From: Scyliorhinus canicula
Lineage: Eukaryota
NCBI RefSeq assembly: GCF_902713615.1
Contig: NC_052146.1
Span: 310,140,335 to 310,204,334 of the forward strand
Direction of reading: 5' to 3'
Length of the DNA stretch: 64,000 nt
The notes under the pieces: model-generated
The model's database searches: none
Told to the model about the DNA's origin: nothing
Seen by the model: the letters and a program-made list of their open reading frames with translations, nothing else
Shown here: positions 61,279 to 64,000 of the stretch, one piece after another
Numbering within the stretch: the stretch's first letter is position 1
How the letters are laid out: each line of letters starts with the position of its first letter
Translations under genes and position numbers: made by a program

Positions 61279-61878
61279 GTACATGAGAAACTGTTCCCAC
61301 TCAAATGTACATCAAGAACCCGAGGGCACACATTCACAATAATGAGCAAAAGGAGAAGAAGTGAGCCAGAGGTTGAATGAACTTCCTGTGAGGGTGGTGG
61401 AGGGAGGTGAAATCGAGATATTCAAAAGGGAATTGGATTGTTATCTGGAAAGTGAGAATGTGCAAGGTTCCGGGGATAAGGCAGGGGTGTGGGTCTCAGT
61501 CTAATGTTCTTCCAGAGGGCCAGTACAGACCTGATGGGCCGAGGGGCCTCTTTCTGCACTGGAAAGATTGCGTGAAAGATTCTGAGTGTAATGTACTTTA
61601 CCTCCTGCTGAATTCAACTGTGTCAGAAATCGGGCACCGTCATGGAAATATAAACCTTTCCAGACTATAATTCCTGACACATTATAATCAGGTTTTAGTA
61701 AATTCTCCTTTTCACAACAGCTACTAAACCCAATCTTCACTGTTTACATTTTGTTTCAGAATTTGAAAGACTCTCCAGCAGATTCTGACCCAACGTACAC
61801 GGTAAATATCTCTCACTACAACAAACAGGGATATGTCTGGTGATCAACATTCACCACATGATCAAAGTTTCCTCTTTC
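61279..61878 (+). repeat. Copy 2 of the 600-bp segmental duplication
   Basis: Near-identical to 56713-57561 minus the LTR. Confidence 0.95.
61760..61801 (+). CDS. 42-bp phase 0-0 cytoplasmic Tyr exon NLKDSPADSDPTYT
   Basis: Same splice sites as 57443-57484. The gene has no stop yet, so its final exon lies beyond the window. Confidence 0.75.
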
Positions 61879-61904
61879 GACATATAGTAAAATAAATCCC
61901 TTAA

Positions 61905-64000
61905 TGCTCGATCAATTGCACAAAGACTTGAGTTGGGTACAACTGAGGCTTTATTGTTCTAAGATGTGTGGCCTCCCACAGCAGCTGGCGAAACGACTGC
62001 AGCATGGAGGACACACATATTTATACTCCGCCTACTGGGCGGAGCCAGCAGGCAGGGACTGCTAATGAACCTGTAGTACAGATCCTGCCATACATCACCT
62101 GATAGAAGTGTAACAGTCGTTTACCACATCACCCCTCTGTTAAAATTGAGTCCGGTGGGGGTGGTGGAGAACGATGTACAACAAATGGTTTTCTTTTTAC
62201 ATTTACATTTATAATCTTTGACAGAGGGAGAAAATAAAATGTCTTTTGAAGTCAGTGGACTAGTTAGAGGTTTAACCGGTCCAGGGCCTTGACATGCCGC
62301 TGGGAGCGACGTAGTGGTGTCGGAGATGCGATGCTGGTCCAATGTCCAGTGCCTCCGGGAGCATGCAGAAATCTTCTTCATCCTCGGGCGTGGGGCAGGG
62401 GACTACGGATGGCCCTGGGAGGGGTTGCTGCTGGGAGGGCTGGGGGAGGGTAGATTGGTGCAGGGCTGGGGGGGTGGGGGGGGGTGTTGAACCTGCTGGT
62501 GCCAGGTCCCTGAGGCAGACAGTATCCTGCCGGCCGTCGGGGTACGCCACGTAGGCATACTTGGGGTTTGCATGGAGCAATTGCACCCTTTCCACCAACG
62601 GCTCCGCCTTGTGGAGTCGGACGTGCCTACGGCTGCTCCGTTCCTGGTTCCTGGAGCTGCAAGCCAAGTCGGGAGCGACACCCCGGATGTGGACTTCCTG
62701 GGGAAGGAAAAAGACGTTCATGGGGTGTGTTGTTAGTGACGGTGCAGAGTAGTGACCAAATGGATTGCAGTGCATCAGGGAGGACCACCTGCCAGCGGGA
62801 GGCTGGGAGGTTCCTGGACTGTAGGGCCACTTGGATGGCCCTCCATACCGTCCCGTTCTCCCTCTCTACCTGTCCGTTTCCCCGGGGGTTGTAGCTGGTC
62901 GTCCTGCTGGAGGCGATACCCCCGCTGAGCAGGAACTGACACAGCTCATCACTCATAAAGGAGGATCCCCTGTCACTGTGGATGTAGGCCGGCAAACCGA
63001 ACAGAGCGAAGATTGTGTTGAGGGCTTTGATGACGGTGGCAGACGTCATAGCGGGGCATGGGATGGCGAAGGGGAATCTGGAGTACTCATCAACCACACT
63101 GAGAAAATATGTGTTACGGTTGGTGGAGGGGAGGGGCCCTTTGAAATCCATGCTGGGGCGTTCAAAGGGGCGGGAGGCCTTTACCAGGTACGCACGGTCC
63201 GGCCTGTAGAAGTGCGGCTTGCACTCCGCACAGACCTGGCAGTCCCTGGTAATTGTCCGTACTTCCTCGAGAGGGGAGGGCAGATTGCGGGCCTTTATGA
63301 TATTGTACAACCATGTGACTTCCGGGTGCCAAAGGCTGTCGTGCAGGGTCAGGAGTCGGTCTACTTGTGCGTTGGCACATGCACCTCGGGAGAGGGCGTC
63401 TGGGGGCTCATTGAGCTCACCGGGGCGATACAAAATCTCATAATTGTAGGTGGCGAGCTCAATACTCCACCTCAAGAACTTATCATTCTTGATCTTGCCT
63501 TGCTGTGCGTTATTGAACATGAAGGCTACCGACCGTTGGTCAGTGAGGAGAGTGAATCTCCTGCCAGCCAGGTAATGCCTCCAGTGCCGCACAGCTTCAA
63601 TGATAGCTTGGGCCTCTTTCCTGACGGATGAGTGGTGAATTTCTGAGCCATGAAGCGTGTGGGAAAAGAATGCCACGGGTCTGCCTGCCTGATTGAGGGT
63701 GGCAGCCAGGGCAGGGTCTGCCTGCCTGATTGAGGGTGGCAGCCAGGGCGACGTCTGATGCGTCGCACTCTACTTGAAAGGGCAGTGTCTCGTTTACTGC
63801 GTGCATCCTGGCCTTGGCGATACCGGCTCTGATACGGGCGAAGGCCCGTTGTGTCTCGGCCGTCAGGGGAAAATGGGTGGACTGCATGTGTGGGCGGGTC
63901 TTGTCCGCATAGTTTGGGACTCACTGAGCGTAGTACGAAAAGAATTCCAGGCAGCGTTTCAGGGCCTTGAGTCGGTGGGGGAGGGGGAGCTCCATGAGGG
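61905..64000 (-). mobile_element. Ty3/Gypsy element: 3' LTR (61905-62128), PPT, integrase and RNase H; continues past the window edge
   Basis: ORF 62627-63676 (AFFSHTL...LLTDQRSV; SMDFKGPLP...VVDEYSRFPFAIP; IHSDRG; NGQVERENG). A 36-bp tandem duplication at 63677-63749 shifts the pol frame. Confidence 0.92.

Overview
Eukaryotic genomic DNA from a cartilaginous fish (shark). The evidence is the elasmobranch HE1 SINE / HER1 (CR1) LINE pair; a catshark-like species is inferred but not proven. Most of the window is transposable-element debris: CR1/HER1 LINEs, HE1 and a second tRNA-like SINE family, Rex1/Babar, Penelope-like hairpins, three Gypsy-class LTR elements (one Gmr1-type with integrase before RT), solo LTRs, a Harbinger transposase with related MITEs, and a Tigger-like MITE. 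Nearly all ORFs in the supplied track are TE- or repeat-derived. Reading splice signals by hand reveals a multi-exon, + strand immunoglobulin-superfamily receptor gene that the ORF track misses. Its parts are a signal-peptide exon (12357-12408), two 345-bp non-rearranging V exons with a germline-encoded J-like G strand and no RSS (41277-41621, 46948-47292), and a broken third V copy (46755-46838). These are followed by a stalk-like exon, a possible C1-domain relic, an uncharged transmembrane exon (50536-50652) and cytoplasmic exons. A duplicated 42-nt Tyr exon (57443-57484, 61760-61801) creates a DxxYxxL motif at the splice junction. At the left edge, a terminal exon with two ITIM-like motifs (916-1032) most likely ends an upstream receptor gene. 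The window therefore looks like part of a shark cluster of TCR/Ig-like, germline-joined VJ immune receptors with tyrosine-based signalling tails. Gene models come from splice consensus and phase logic only, with no transcript data. TE boundaries are approximate unless a TSD is quoted.
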